64,000 bases of DNA from NCBI RefSeq assembly GCF_004010195.1, contig NC_057718.1, forward strand, positions 49,439,239 to 49,503,238, read 5' to 3'. The first letter of the stretch is position 1. Each line of letters begins with the position of its first letter. Below are positions 25,541-37,877 of this stretch, piece by piece. The translations under genes were made by a program, and so were the position numbers. This DNA comes from Chiloscyllium plagiosum (lineage: Eukaryota). The notes beneath the pieces are model-generated. The model worked only from the letters and a program-made list of their open reading frames with translations. It searched no databases and had not been told where the DNA came from.

Positions 25541-26544
25541 GATTCTATTTTTTATGTTGTTTGTTTAAAAAAAATCCTCTTGCAAAAAGAGATTTTTAGT
25601 TTTATTTATGGCATTCTGATGGGTTTGTTTTTTAACTAAATCTAAAATTAAGATTGGTCTTACAGCTCCCACACATCCTGATGGAATGTGAAACTGTCAG
25701 TTGGGACTAACCTTTCAGCTTTTAGTGGCCTAAAGTGTTATTTGTGTGCTTCCTTACCAGGACTGAAGAGAAGGCTTTAGCCTGGAAAGTTGTTTGTCCC
25801 GGTTGGGAAGTTTCTGCTGACTGCCTGCTGCCAAGTGTTTGCAGCTGCTGGCTCTCTGCATGAATAGTTCTTAAAGCAGTAAGTTTCTAAGGCTGTGAAT
25901 TAATTTATTTTTTCTGGAAATGTCCTCTCCTGACCTCATTGCCATTACGGGTTACTAAGCAATAATGCCTATCACTGATGACCATGTGGTATTTGTGGGT
26001 GTAGGGAGATTATCAACTATCCTCTTTCCTTTCCCTGGGTCTAAGGCTTATTTGAGCTTTACAGCAGAAGTGTCAACCACTATTGAGACTTAACGAGAAG
26101 AGGCTTAACAATATGTAGTTTGCTGCATGACCACAACCAGGAGCAAATTATATGTGTTTGTCACATGTTATTCCTAATATTATGAGGAGACCAATGATAT
26201 AGCTCTGCACTCCATGAGATGCTAGGATGTTCTGCCTTAGTCCCGCCCAATCTGTGTGGTATCATAGATTGGGTTGAGTTTGATTTAATTGTCAACATTA
26301 ATTCTTTCTGCATCAATATTTTATATAACAGAAACCAGGCAGCATGGATCAGAAGAGAGGTGAAAAGTATGCATCTTACACTTGCTTTTCAGGTCTATTC
26401 AATGTATGGAGGCAGTATGTTTTATTTTCTCACTTGTTCCAGATCAAACACATTTCTCTATTTTTGTTTGTGAGCTGAATATGTTCTGCTGTCTGGAGTC
26501 TTTGCAGTCAATTTACCAAATATGAGTTATATTAGAAAACAGGT

Positions 26545-26660
26545 TAAGGATCTTGTGGCATAGTAACAGTGGGATAGAAAAGTCTGGTTCAAGTCGCATC
26601 TAAGGATGTGATGGTCATAGAGATACATCAAAACATGACCAAACAGGTTGCTTAAAACAA
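26545..26660 (+). mobile_element. Short tRNA-derived SINE family 3, degraded
   Basis: Similar to 30238-30356. Confidence 0.45.
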
Positions 26661-26946
26661 AATGGTGTGATAGAATTTCCATAGGTATCCTTTTGGTCAA
26701 CTGGTATAATATTGATGGAACACTCATGAAGATTTTTGCCTTATTACTTAGTACTAGCTCAGAAGGATGCTCACTAATGTTAATGATTTTTGTTTCCTGT
26801 GTGTGACATAGTCTACAACCTAGTGCACCCTAAGTGCAAGGGTTATTTTCTTTTGAAGTACACAGAGACAAATATTTTCAGCTCAAGCAAAGGGAATTAT
26901 GGTAATAGCTTCAGCCCTCTGTATTGACCAGCATCCAGCTCCTCCT

Positions 26947-27082
26947 AAAATAAAACAAAGAAGTGTGAATGCTAAAGATCTGAAACTCACAACAGAAAAT
27001 GTTTGACAAACTCAGAAGGTCTGGTGGTACCTGTAGAGAGGAAACAGAGTTAATGTTTGGAGTTTGGCGACCCTTCATCAGA
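26947..27082 (-). mobile_element. Single-arm Penelope-derived terminal fragment (family C-like)
   Basis: Ends in cccttcatcaga (minus strand ctgatgaaggg); possible TSD tccagctcctcct 26934-26946 / tccagttcttcct 27095-27107. Confidence 0.7.
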
Positions 27083-27349
27083 TCCATGATCGGGTCCAGT
27101 TCTTCCTCCTGGGGAAAAGGAAAGTTCAGCTTGGTAGACCTGGAGCAACAGCTTTAGAAACAGAGTCAGTAATCAGTGGAGTAGCACCTCATATATTCAG
27201 GGTCTCCCATGTATCGAGTTAGCTTTTCTCCAATTGGTCATCTCAACGGTTGCATTTCTGTGGATATTTAAGGCTTTTGAATGAGAATTTTGCCCTCTGT
27301 CCCCATGAATTTTGAGCATTCATGCTTTTGCTACCTTTGTCCTTTCAGG

Positions 27350-27545
27350 TGATTGGTGGTTTGCAATGCAGTGATGCCAGCTGTGTGGGTTTAATTCTTG
27401 TACCAACTGACGTTACCATTCAGGGGTCTCCTTCTCCATCTCTCCTCTTGCCTGAGACATGGTGACTCTGAGGTTAAATCACCACCAGTCATCTCTTTGC
27501 TATCAGAACGCAACTTTTGATCTATTAAGACTTTGTGACCTTTTA
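27350..27545 (+). mobile_element. tRNA-derived SINE family 4, degraded
   Basis: B-box-like gtgggtttaattc followed by gcctgag...gtgactctgaggttaaatcaccaccagtc, recalled as a shark repeat. Confidence 0.5.
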
Positions 27546-27599
27546 TCTTCCAGATAGTAAAAATTGGAGGCTTAAAATATGCCTCCAAATATGTTTGAA

Positions 27600-27895
27600 A
27601 TATGCTGTCAAAGTGGGGTTCGCAAGTGGCTGCAGTGCATCTTGTGTATGGTATAGATTAGTGCAACTGTGTGCTGATCAAGAAGGGGGCAAATGTTTAA
27701 GGTAAAGGGTGGGGTTCTGACCAAGTGAGTTGCTTGCTCCTGGATGATGTTGAGTTTTTTTTCAGAGTTGTTGGAGCAGCATCCATCTGGGCAAGCAGAC
27801 GGTATTCAACCACTTTTCTGACCTCTACCTTGTGAAAGGCAGGCAGGATTTGGGAAATCAGGAAATGAGTTATCCATCAAAGAATTTCCAACTCA
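27600..27895 (-). mobile_element. CR1-group LINE family B fragment
   Basis: tcctggatgatgttgagttt...gttgttggagcagc homologous to 17540-17600. Confidence 0.72.
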
Positions 27896-27933
27896 TCATT
27901 GACATTCCTGATTCAGCAGAATAAATATCAAAG

Positions 27934-28326
27934 ATTTGCTTGCATTTGTATACTGGCAGTCATTTCCCACTCATTCCAATGCACTTTAAATGAAATACTT
28001 TCAAAATTCAGTCACTATTGTAATAGAGAAAATCTCCCACATGCATCAGTATGATAATGACCAGATAATCTCTTTTTAAGTATTAGGTGAAGAATAAATA
28101 TTGGTCAGGACACTGAGTTCAACTCCTCAGCTCTTCTTTAAATAGTGTCATGGAATCATCTACATCCATCTGAATTGACAGACAAGACTTCAGTTTAATG
28201 TCTTATTTGGAAAGCAGCACCTCAGGCAATGCTACACTCCCTCAGCATCAGCCTACATTTGGGATTAGATTGGGACTTGAAACAATAATTTTCTCACTCT
28301 GATGTCAGAGTGCAACTCCTGAGCTA
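27934..28326 (-). mobile_element. DeuSINE (SacSINE1-like), degraded
   Basis: Minus strand has Deu-domain-like gaggtgctgctttcc...gacattaaactg...atgacactatttaaagaagagc...gtgtcctgaccaatatttatt...gattatctggtcattatca, plus a tRNA-like head. Confidence 0.78.
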
Positions 28327-29375
28327 TAGCATATTTTAATACAATACAACAGTTTTATTAAAAATAAGGAACTACTACTTTCCTTCTGACCCCTTTTCAT
28401 GTTTATATCTGTGTCAATTTTAAGGCTAGATGGCTGACATAGAAAATCACCTTAAAATATGTGCATGTAGTGTATACTATAGGCTGCAATGTTTGCAGTT
28501 TACTTTCCAAACTGCCGTATCCACATTCCTCAACTAATGATATTTATTCTTTTCATTCTGTGTCCTCTGGAGACACATGTAAGTTATTAATGCATTCAAC
28601 AACTTATATCCAGACAGCTGCCTCCAATCTTGATGGGCAGATGACTCTGTGGGTCTTCCTTATTTGCATGGTCCCCTGGCATGAAGGATGATGAGGTCTT
28701 AGTCAGAGAGCCAGGCTTTGCCAATAAATTGAGCAGCCATCACTTCTGCAGTTTTTTAAAAATGTAACAGCTGTATTTACATCCTGGTTGGAAGAGTAGC
28801 GATTCGCAACTCATTACCCATTTGTGAAAAAGGAGAGATTCACATCCAAAGTGCCATCAGCTACTCACTGATTTGTCTGTTTCCGCTGAGTGAAGTTAGC
28901 AAATTTGTGTGGCAGGAGTCCAACTGGAGGAAACACAGATGTTTTCAACAGTGTGAAGGACAGGTCATAACTACAAACAGCAGTGGGCGAAAGTTTGGAA
29001 TTATTTCTAAAGAAATGTCTGTCCGAGGAAACAGTGGAAACAGAATATTGTCCGGTTTTCAAGATTTATTTTTGCTTAGAAACCAATCAAAAAACATTAG
29101 CCGTTTCTGTGGATTTCTTATTAATAAAACAATTGAGTATCCATTTAAAACAGAAAATGGAAAAGTGAAATTTAATAAGAAGGCAATGTACCAAGCCAGT
29201 AAATTGATCTTTCAGGCCACTCTGCTTTACCTATCTTGAAGTTATTTCAGTGTTGGGGCTACACTTGTGGGGACAAAGTCCCTTTTAAATTCACACACAC
29301 CATTCCTCACTGCTCCCAGACACATGGCACCAGCACTCTATAGTAATACCATCTCACGGATGTTGATTAATATAG

Positions 29376-29570
29376 TTAAAAATCACAACACCAAGTTATA
29401 GTCCAACAGGTTTAATTGGAAGCACACTTGCTTTCGGAGCGAAGCTCCTTCATCAGGTGATAGTCGCTCCGAAAGCAAGTGTGCTTCCATTAAACCTGTT
29501 GGACAATAACCTGGTGTTGTGTGATTTTTAACTTTGTACACCCCAGTCCAACACCGCCATCTCCAAATCA
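29376..29570. mobile_element. Foldback Penelope-type element (family B) with hammerhead core
   Basis: Inverted arms of about 65 bp plus a unique 3' extension; TSD tgattaatatag 29364-29375 / tgattaacatag 29571-29582. Confidence 0.85.
29425..29459 (-). ncRNA. Minimal type I hammerhead ribozyme motif, cleavage triplet mutated
   Basis: CAC-CUGAUGA-A-GGAGC-UUC-GCUCC-GAAA-GC-AA-GUG; stem I CAC/GUG and stem II intact; U16.1 appears as A. Confidence 0.7.
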
Positions 29571-30237
29571 TGATTAACATAGGTGTTTCTGCTTTCTGCT
29601 TATAAATTGTCTCCCACTGGGAGTCACTGCAATTGATTGTGCTGTGTGATCTGATTAATTAATTATTAATTTATGGTTCCATTTTGCAGCGGTTTATGTA
29701 CAAAAGAGACGAAGTAAACCCGAAGATAACCTGGCATGTAATTTTGATGGAGAGGAACAGAGAGTACAGGTATTAAGGTAGTTATGTAAAATAGTTGGAT
29801 AAATGATCTTTTGTAAATTTACTCATTGGTTTTATTCCATCTGTGAAAAATATTGGATCACCAAGGAGTCTAGTAATGGAGTAATAACAGTCTAGTGGTT
29901 CAAACCAGCAAAATCTCATGTGGAACAGCCATTAACCTTTATTACTGATAGTCTTTAACAGCATGGGAAAATGAACTTTGTGATGCTGGCAAGTTAATGC
30001 TGGATGCTCTTATGAAGGGGAATGTGAATGCACATTTCCTAATGATTGCACTCCCATGACTTCTGGTAATTACTGCTATTCTATGAATTTCTAGTAATGT
30101 TGAAGAGAATTTTAATTAAAGAGAATTCACTGCTTGAACCATAAATTAGGGCAAATATGAGAAGAGTAATTTAATTTGAATAAATATTAGTTGAAGCTAT
30201 TTCCATTACCATAACCTCAGTAAAATGATACAGGACT

Positions 30238-30356
30238 GGGGCTCTTGTGACCCAGTGGTAGTGTCCCTACCTTTGAACAGAAGGTCTGGGTTCACATCCC
30301 ACTTGCTCCTGCGGTCTATCATAATATGTCCGAGCAGATTGATTTAAAATATCTAA
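30238..30356 (+). mobile_element. Short tRNA-derived SINE family 3
   Basis: gtgacccagtggtag (A-box-like) and gggttcacatccc (B-box-like); homologous to 51086 and 26545. Confidence 0.65.
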
Positions 30357-30384
30357 AGCCGGTCCTGAATTGTTCATGTGAAGT

Positions 30385-30556
30385 CAACACAGAGATTGCT
30401 GGTGAAACTCAGCGCGTCTCACAGCATCTGTGAATGTAGAAACAAAGTTAATAGTTCTTTTCACCAGATTAAACCAGAGAGGAAACATTAAATCTGCTTT
30501 GTCTTCTCGGATGCTGCCAGAGCTGGTGAGTTTCTCCAGTATTCTCCGTGTTTGCT
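30385..30556. mobile_element. Old foldback Penelope-derived element (family C-like)
   Basis: Imperfect inverted arms aacacagagattgctggtgaaactcagc / gctggtgagtttctccagtattctccgtgtt. Confidence 0.65.
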
Positions 30557-31309
30557 ATAACAATGACAAAGTTGATATCTGCCATTGAGCTGCTGATTTC
30601 AGGAAGATAGTACGTTCAAACATGCAGTCACTATTCTCTTTGAGGTGTGCCCTTCTAGCCTACTCCATGATGATCTTGGTAAGTTTTTCACTGAGTTCCT
30701 TTCTAGATTTGTCCCTAACTATCAGGCATACCCATGTACAGCTCTATTCTGGACAGCTTCTCGTGGTCAAACTGTCAAGTGAATGGTGACAGTGTGCATT
30801 GACGGAGGTAGTAAGGCATGTCAATTAACCTTCCCATTCACAATTGTCAGCTTTTCTTAAGGGAGGTTGCAACCAAACTGTTCAAATCTTGCCTTGGCAT
30901 GATAGAGCTGTTGGCAATTAACCCCCTCCCCCCATTCATCTACCTTTGGCTCCACTTTTTCCTTTGTCTGGCAGGAGGTTCCAGCCTGGTTGCCAGAGCT
31001 TGTAGTCCATGTGAGGATTGACTTGCACTATCATGGCACCTTCTGGATTGATCTCCCTTCCTCCATAGCTGCATCCATAGCTGAGACAGTATCATGACTC
31101 CATTGAATCTCATTGTTAAATGTGATGCCATGAGTTCTAGAGATACGCTGGTGATTTGGGAATGTAACACAGCTGATGATGACTATCCATCCACTGGCCT
31201 CTTGATCAATGGTTGCCTCTTCAGTTGGCCACAAGTTCATTGCTTTATCTCCAATAACCCAAAAAAAGTATTTTTAAATTTGTAAGTTGCCTTTTCAAAA
31301 ATTAAAAAA

Positions 31310-31665
31310 GACCATAAGACATAAGAACAGAAGTAGACCATTAAATCTCCTCTAACATTAAATGAGATCACGACTGATTTGATATGCCTCAACTCCACTT
31401 TCCCACCTTTTCGCCATACCCCTCAATTCCCATACTGATTAAAAATCTATCTCAGCCTTGCATTGACTTAATGACCCCAACCTCTCCGGCCCTCTGCAAT
31501 ATGAAATTCAGAGGTTCACTCTCATCTGGGAGGATAAATGCCTCCCCATTCCTGTCTTATGAGCACTTATCCTGACATTGTGTTCTTAGGTCCAAGAAAT
31601 TCCCAAAGGAAAATCTATGTCTCCACATCTATCCTGTCAGTTTACTAAGAACTTTAACTGTTCCA
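31310..31665 (-). mobile_element. CR1 3' end, older subfamily
   Basis: Reverse tail cataagacataagaacagaagtagaccatt and CR1-like 3' UTR. Confidence 0.7.
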
Positions 31666-31752
31666 AGAAGAGATTTGACTAAGAGATTTAATAGAGCAAA
31701 GAGATTCAATTCAGTCAAGATGGCAAGACTTTGGTTTCCAATTCAAGCAAAT

Positions 31753-32250
31753 ATAGTCCTAGAGTCCTACAGCATGGAAACAAATCCTTCAGTCCAACCA
31801 GTCTATGCCAAACTAAACTCATCCCGCCTGCCTGTGCTTGGTCCACGTCCTTCCAAGCTTTCCCTATTCATGAACATATCTAAATGTCTTTTAAACATTG
31901 TAACTGCACCTGCATCCACCACTTTCTCTAGCAGTTAATTCTAAACACAAACTAATCTCTGTGTAAAAATGTTGTCCCTCATATTCTTTTTTAATCTTTC
32001 TCCTTCCACCTTAAAAATATATCTCTAGTTTTGAGCTCCACCACCCTATGGAAAAGACCCTTGTCACTCACCTTATCTATGTATCTCATGATTTTGTAAA
32101 CATCAATAAGGTCACCCCTTACTCCAGTGAAAGGTGTCCTAGCCTTTCTAGTCTATTATTATATCATATTTCTAGCCCTCCATTCCTGGCAGCATCCTGC
32201 TAAATCTTTTGTGAGCACTCTCCAATAAAAAAAATTCTTCCTATAACAGA
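31753..32250 (-). mobile_element. CR1/HER1-type LINE 3' end
   Basis: cagcatggaaacaaatccttcagtccaacc and following sequence match the reverse complement of 35050-35530. Confidence 0.88.
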
Positions 32251-34121
32251 ATATATTTGACCCTCCCCTGTAAGCCGCTAAATTCCTTCCATTTGTTATC
32301 TCCAGAATGGCCTATAATCCCTGTTATCCCCATCAGTTTAAAACCTAGCTCCGGATTTCAGTTGATTCTCTCCTTGTGATAATTTCCCCATTTTGCCTCC
32401 TGAGCCCATAACAATCCAAGGTCCAATGCCCTCTGGCCATGAAATATAGCACAACTTCATGGAGCCTGATGTTAATGTGGCAGGGCTCATTCTGAGAGGT
32501 GAATACTCTTTCTTCCACTCCTTTGTCATTCCTTTCTGGACTTTGTGCACTTTTCATTAAGGTTTTCTCTTTTACTCTAAATTGACCTTCAGTTACTTCT
32601 TATAGAGCCTCCTTCAATAAGGCCTCTAAATTTTATAAGTGTGGTTGGCTTTTCTCTCGTTTCTGGGAATACACTCTTGCCCCAGGGCTTTGTACCGGCT
32701 TCTGAATAAAGTTTTGCCTTTGGAATGCTGAGCTTGACTTTTTTGCTGCTTCCATGGCTGCCGTTGTCTCCTTTCGATCGGTAACTGTGTTTCAGCTTCT
32801 GACAACTGTGTTTTCTTAAAGCTGTAACCTTACGAGATTAAACTCATTTACTTGAAATGCTTTCTTTTCTGCTGAATCCTTTCCTCAGGGTAGAGTTCAG
32901 ACCTACTTGTTGCAACCATGTGATATTTTCTCACATGACTACTCTGGGACCTTGTGATATTTGCCACTTCTACCAGTATGTGATCCTGGCTAATAGTTGT
33001 TTGAAGTAATTTGTTGTCACAAATTCTCTTTTGTCTTTTCTTTGCCTTGGATCTATCGAGTGATTATGGTACAGGATATACCTGCATAGATTAATAAAAG
33101 AAGAGGCACTTATCTTAGATAACAAGGTTTATTGCATGATCGCAGTAAATAGATTTACTTTCAGTCAGATATAATTACTAGGATCTTAGAGATCTGGTAA
33201 AGATACAGGGGCTCTCTCAGAAAGCTAGAATAGAATTCCCTATCTCCACCAAAATATTGAGTGACAGTAGTAGAATGGGTGGAGCCAATATAAAATGAAC
33301 ATTGACCCTTTCAGACCCATTACCTTTCACAATACCCAAATATGTTTCTTCCACTATTTTACCTTCACATTTCATGACTGTTTAAAGCAAAGGCGACATG
33401 GAAGAAGGAAAAGAATTAAAGAAACAACGTTGATGCATAGAGAGAGGGAAAAAGATGGAGAAATGAGATTGGGCAGAATCAAAAAGAGATGTAGGAGGCC
33501 ACAGAAAAGTTAGATAGAGGCAGAAGAAACAAATGGAAACATAGAGATTAACAGAAGACAGTGTGTTCAGAAAAAGTAGAGGTAGAATATAGGAAGAGAC
33601 AGAGATTGGCAGTGACATCAGCTCAAGGAAAAGGGGCATCAAGCAAATATTATAAAAGTAGAAAATAATCAAAGACAGAAAATATTATCAAAAAGAGTCA
33701 GTCTGGACAGCTATCAATGAGCATGAGAGAGAAGTCATGGGTCTGTGGACAATGAACTCAAGTATTGCTGAGTTTCTGGGAGCAATACCATGGGAAATCT
33801 ATTAAAATCCTCTATTAATTTGAATATAATATATTCATATATCCAAGATGTTAATCAGTAGAACACTAGCTGTCAAATAATTGACGTAACTTGGGATAAA
33901 ATTCCTTTTGATCTCAAGCCTTGCTAGCAGCTTGTTAATTTCACACTTGCGTGCTCTGGTTCCACAATCACAACCAGTTAAATTAACTTAAATGCTTTTG
34001 ATTTATGCGTCCCTCTTGGGATTTTAAAAATCTGGACCATGTACTTTCTTGGTCTTGCAATAAAATCAAGATAGGTTTTTTGGCACTCTCATAATTACCA
34101 TTGACAAAAGTCATTATCCAA

Positions 34122-34461
34122 TTTTTTTCAAAGCCTGAAGCTTGCCAGACAGGCATTTCTTGCTCATCCCTAATTGCCCACAGGACAGTTAAGAAGCAAT
34201 CACATTGTTGTGGGTCTGGAGTCACATGTAGGGCAGACCAGGTAAGGTTGGCAGTTTCCTTCCCTGAAGGACATTAGTGAGCCACATGGGTACACCCTTT
34301 AAATTAACAACAGATTTATTGTTCGAGTCTTAATTCCATATTTTTTATTGAATTTAAATTTGCCATCTGCTTTGATGGGATTTGAACCCAGGTCCCCAGA
34401 ACATTACCTGGGGAGCAGGATGAATAGTTCAGCGATCATACTGCTAGGTCACTGCCTCTCC
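34122..34461 (-). mobile_element. tRNA-derived SINE family 2
   Basis: Close homology to 14343-14704 (gggatttgaacccaggtccccagaacattacctggg identical). Confidence 0.82.
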
Positions 34462-34698
34462 AAAGGGTGAATTTCCTGGCATTGCAATGACTGAATCTGT
34501 GCAGGAGGATCCATTTCACGAACAAGATGGAAACAACACATGAATACTTGGGATCTCAGATAGACTTTTCGGCCCTTTCTAATCTATTGTGTTCTGTTTA
34601 ATTACACCTATTAGTTTTCACCCATATAAATGTAGATCTAATGGTGGCAATAGTGTAAGGACCCAGAACACATAGGTAGTGTCAGATACAGAAGACAT

Positions 34699-35535
34699 TG
34701 GGCTGTGAATTGGCAGATGGAGTTTAATTCAGATAAATGCGAGATGCTGCATTTTGGGAAAGCAAATCTTAGCAGGACTTATACACTTAATGGTAAGGTC
34801 CTAGGGAGTGTTGCTGAACAAAGACACCTTGGAGTGCAGGTTCATGGCTCCTTGAAAGTGGAGTCGCAGGTAGATAGGATAGTGAAGAAGGCGTTTGGTA
34901 TGCTTTCCTTTATTGGTCAGAGTATTGAGTACAGGAGTTGGGAGGTCATGTTGCGGCTGTACAGGACATTGGTTAGGCCACTGTTGGATTATTGCATGCA
35001 ATTCTGGTCTCCTTCCTATCGGAAAGATGTTGTGAAACTTGAAAGGGTTCAGAAAAGTTTGACAAGGATATTGCCAGGGTTGGAGGATTTGAGCTATAGG
35101 GAGAGGCTGAAGAGGCTGGGGCTGTTTTCCCTGGAGCATCGGAGGCTGAGGGGTAATTATAGAGGTTTACAAAATTAAGAGGGGCATGGATAGGGTAAAT
35201 AGGCAAAGTCTTTTCCCTGGGAACGGGGAGTCCAGAACTAGAGGGCATAGGTTTAGGGTGAGAGGGGAAAGACATAAAAGAGACCTAAGGAGCAACTTTT
35301 TCACACAGAGGGTGGTACGGGTATGGAATGAGAAGCCAGAGGATGTGGTGGAGCCTGGTACAATTGCAACATTTAAGAGGCATTTGAATGAATATATGAA
35401 TAGGAAGGGTTTGGAGGGATATGGGCCGGGTGCTGGCACGTGGGACTAGATTGGGTTAGGATATCTGGTCGGCATGGACGAGTTGGACTGAAGGGTCTGT
35501 TTCCATGCTGTATATCTCTATGACTCTAGGACTCT
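34699..35535 (+). mobile_element. HER1/CR1 LINE, 5'-truncated, relatively young
   Basis: ORF 34705-35178 WQMEFNSDKCE...LYRTLVRPLLDYCMQFWSP; tail ctatgactcta. Confidence 0.96.
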
Positions 35536-37649
35536 GGAATAGTTTCCAAACTAGAAGGCTCGAAGACATCAGTAGCAAAGAATTCTCTGAGGACAGGCTT
35601 TCAGCTAGCTCCAGGAAAAAAACTCCAGACCCAGGCAGCTCATGGCCAAAGGGTCACAATTTTAACAGAACACCAGGGTCGCAGGTGCCAGGCGAGACAA
35701 GTGTGGAAAAGTTCACAGCAGGGCAACAACCTCTGAGGCAGTTCACAGAGCACTCAGGCCACAAAATAAAGGAAAAAACTTGCAACAAAAATGCAGCAAG
35801 ATCCAGGTACACGTGGCTGAACAGTGAGTTCTAGACATCTGCACAGAACAGCTGCACATGAAGATGGGAAATAAAAGGGTGCAGAGACTCCATAACAACA
35901 AAATAATGCTGTAAGATTTTGATGATATTGCTAATGCTAAGATAATATGTTGTTTGATAGTAATAATTTATGATTTGGTCATAGCTATCTTCTTACAGTT
36001 TCATTTCAACTTCTGCTTTTGATAGACTGGTCTTAAATAAGGGGAAGGATGATGAAGGGTTTGGGTTAAGTAATTCTTTCTCTATGACATTTCACACAAT
36101 TGAAGATTTTTGTTAGCTTCAAAGAAGTCAAAAAACATTTGAACCTAGCTGTTTGAAATGAGTATGAAACCACTCTTGGATCAAGAATCTTGTATTTTGA
36201 AGGTGTTTGCTAACTGTCTTGGCCAATTAATGATCTATGTAGAATGTAACGTTTATGTTTTGAAAGAGAATCCTGATATTCTGCTAAAACATTTGTTCCT
36301 GATTAATGGTGCACCTGAGAATATCTGATAACTGATTTTATAAGAGTTCGCAATATTGATAAGTAGGATATATAACATTATTTATCCAACTTCTCTATTT
36401 TAAAATGGTATGTAATTTGTTTACACAATATATATTTCCTGGGCTTAGCAATAAGAAATTTATTAGACTGACCGAATACGAGTTACAAAGGTGAAGTGAC
36501 ACCTCAACACCTCAGTGTTGACGTCATTTTAAGACAATGGAAATAGTTTATTTGAGTATTAAGGAATAAAACATAAAATATGGAATAAAAATTCCCTTAA
36601 AAGTCCCAGAAACTGAGAATGTTTCGTCCCACAGTTTCACTATGGCTGAATTATTTTTCTGACACCCAGTTCAGAGACAGGAGAAGCAAGGCATCGCCTG
36701 TGCTAGCAATTTCCAAGGAATCCTGTATTTTGAAAGATAAAAAATTGTGTTCTGTTTTCCCTGTTTGTTTGTTAAGTACTATAAAATCTAGCTAATGACT
36801 TCTATGTGATACATTAAAAGAAACTTACTGTTTCATACCTTGTTAGGTCAAACATAACTGAAGATTCCATCACTGTAAATTAAGAACGAAGAGTTTTAAA
36901 CAAAAGTGTTTCAATATTTCATAATCCTTTAAACTTAAAGGGCACAGGTGCCTCCATTACAGTATCCCAAGGGTGGGAGTTTTGCCAGTGAGTGATGCAG
37001 AGGGTTATGAGTGCCCAGATGGCGAGACTCTCAGAGCTGGACAAAATGTTAAAAACAGATCACAGCAGTCTGTAAATAACTGAGAATTAGAGAACACTGA
37101 GGAGGAGGATGAATTCTTCTTAGATGATGCAACAGACCCATTAGGGGGTGTTTGCTACCTCGACAAGACCGATTCATGTTGGCACCAAATATCACAGGCT
37201 CACCAGACCCACAGGATGAATACCACAGTTTTGACATCATTGTTAACACTGAAGAAATTGATTTTGTTCAGAATAAAGGATCTCATTCTTTCAGATTCCA
37301 CACCATGCATGAAACATGACCTTCTTCAACCACCTAACATTCAGCTGGAAAGCTCTGGGATCTTTTCATCAATGAATGCCATGGTGAATTACTGCCACAT
37401 CTCAATACAATGGGAGAAATCACTCATAATCTGTCACACAATCTTGATTGTTCTCTCAGGTAGTTGGCCTGAAAGGATTAATTTAGTAGTTATGGAATAG
37501 CTCTACGCACTGATATATAAATGGCTATTCTTGGGAAGCGTTATGTGTCAAATCTAAGTTTGGTTTTAGTTTGTTGTTAGTCAATTCTGCAGCCTACAGC
37601 ATTGTAGCATAAACTTAGTAATATCTTTTAGGAGATCTATCCTGGTGAC

Positions 37650-37812
37650 TATCATTGACCAGAAGGGAATTGCATTAGCCATATGAACACTGTGGCTGCA
37701 ACTGTAGAATAGAGGCTAGGAGTTCTGAAGTGAGAAACTGACTTACTGTCTCTTTAAAGCCTGTTCATTATCTATAAAGTATATGTCATCATGTAATGGA
37801 ATACTCTCCACT
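37650..37812 (+). mobile_element. CR1-group LINE family B fragment
   Basis: attgaccagaa...catatgaacactgtggctgca...atggaatactctccact. Confidence 0.7.
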
Positions 37813-37877
37813 ACTCTTTGTTTCCCATCCCCGGCCACATTGCTACTGCACCTTCTATTCTATAATTTTCCTCACAA

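Noticed and set aside
33380..33720. Purine-rich tract with short ORFs
   Set aside because: Low-complexity GA-rich sequence; the ORFs are compositional artefacts
34705..35178. 157-aa ORF as a functional gene
   Set aside because: 5'-truncated LINE ORF2 C-terminus that frameshifts near its end
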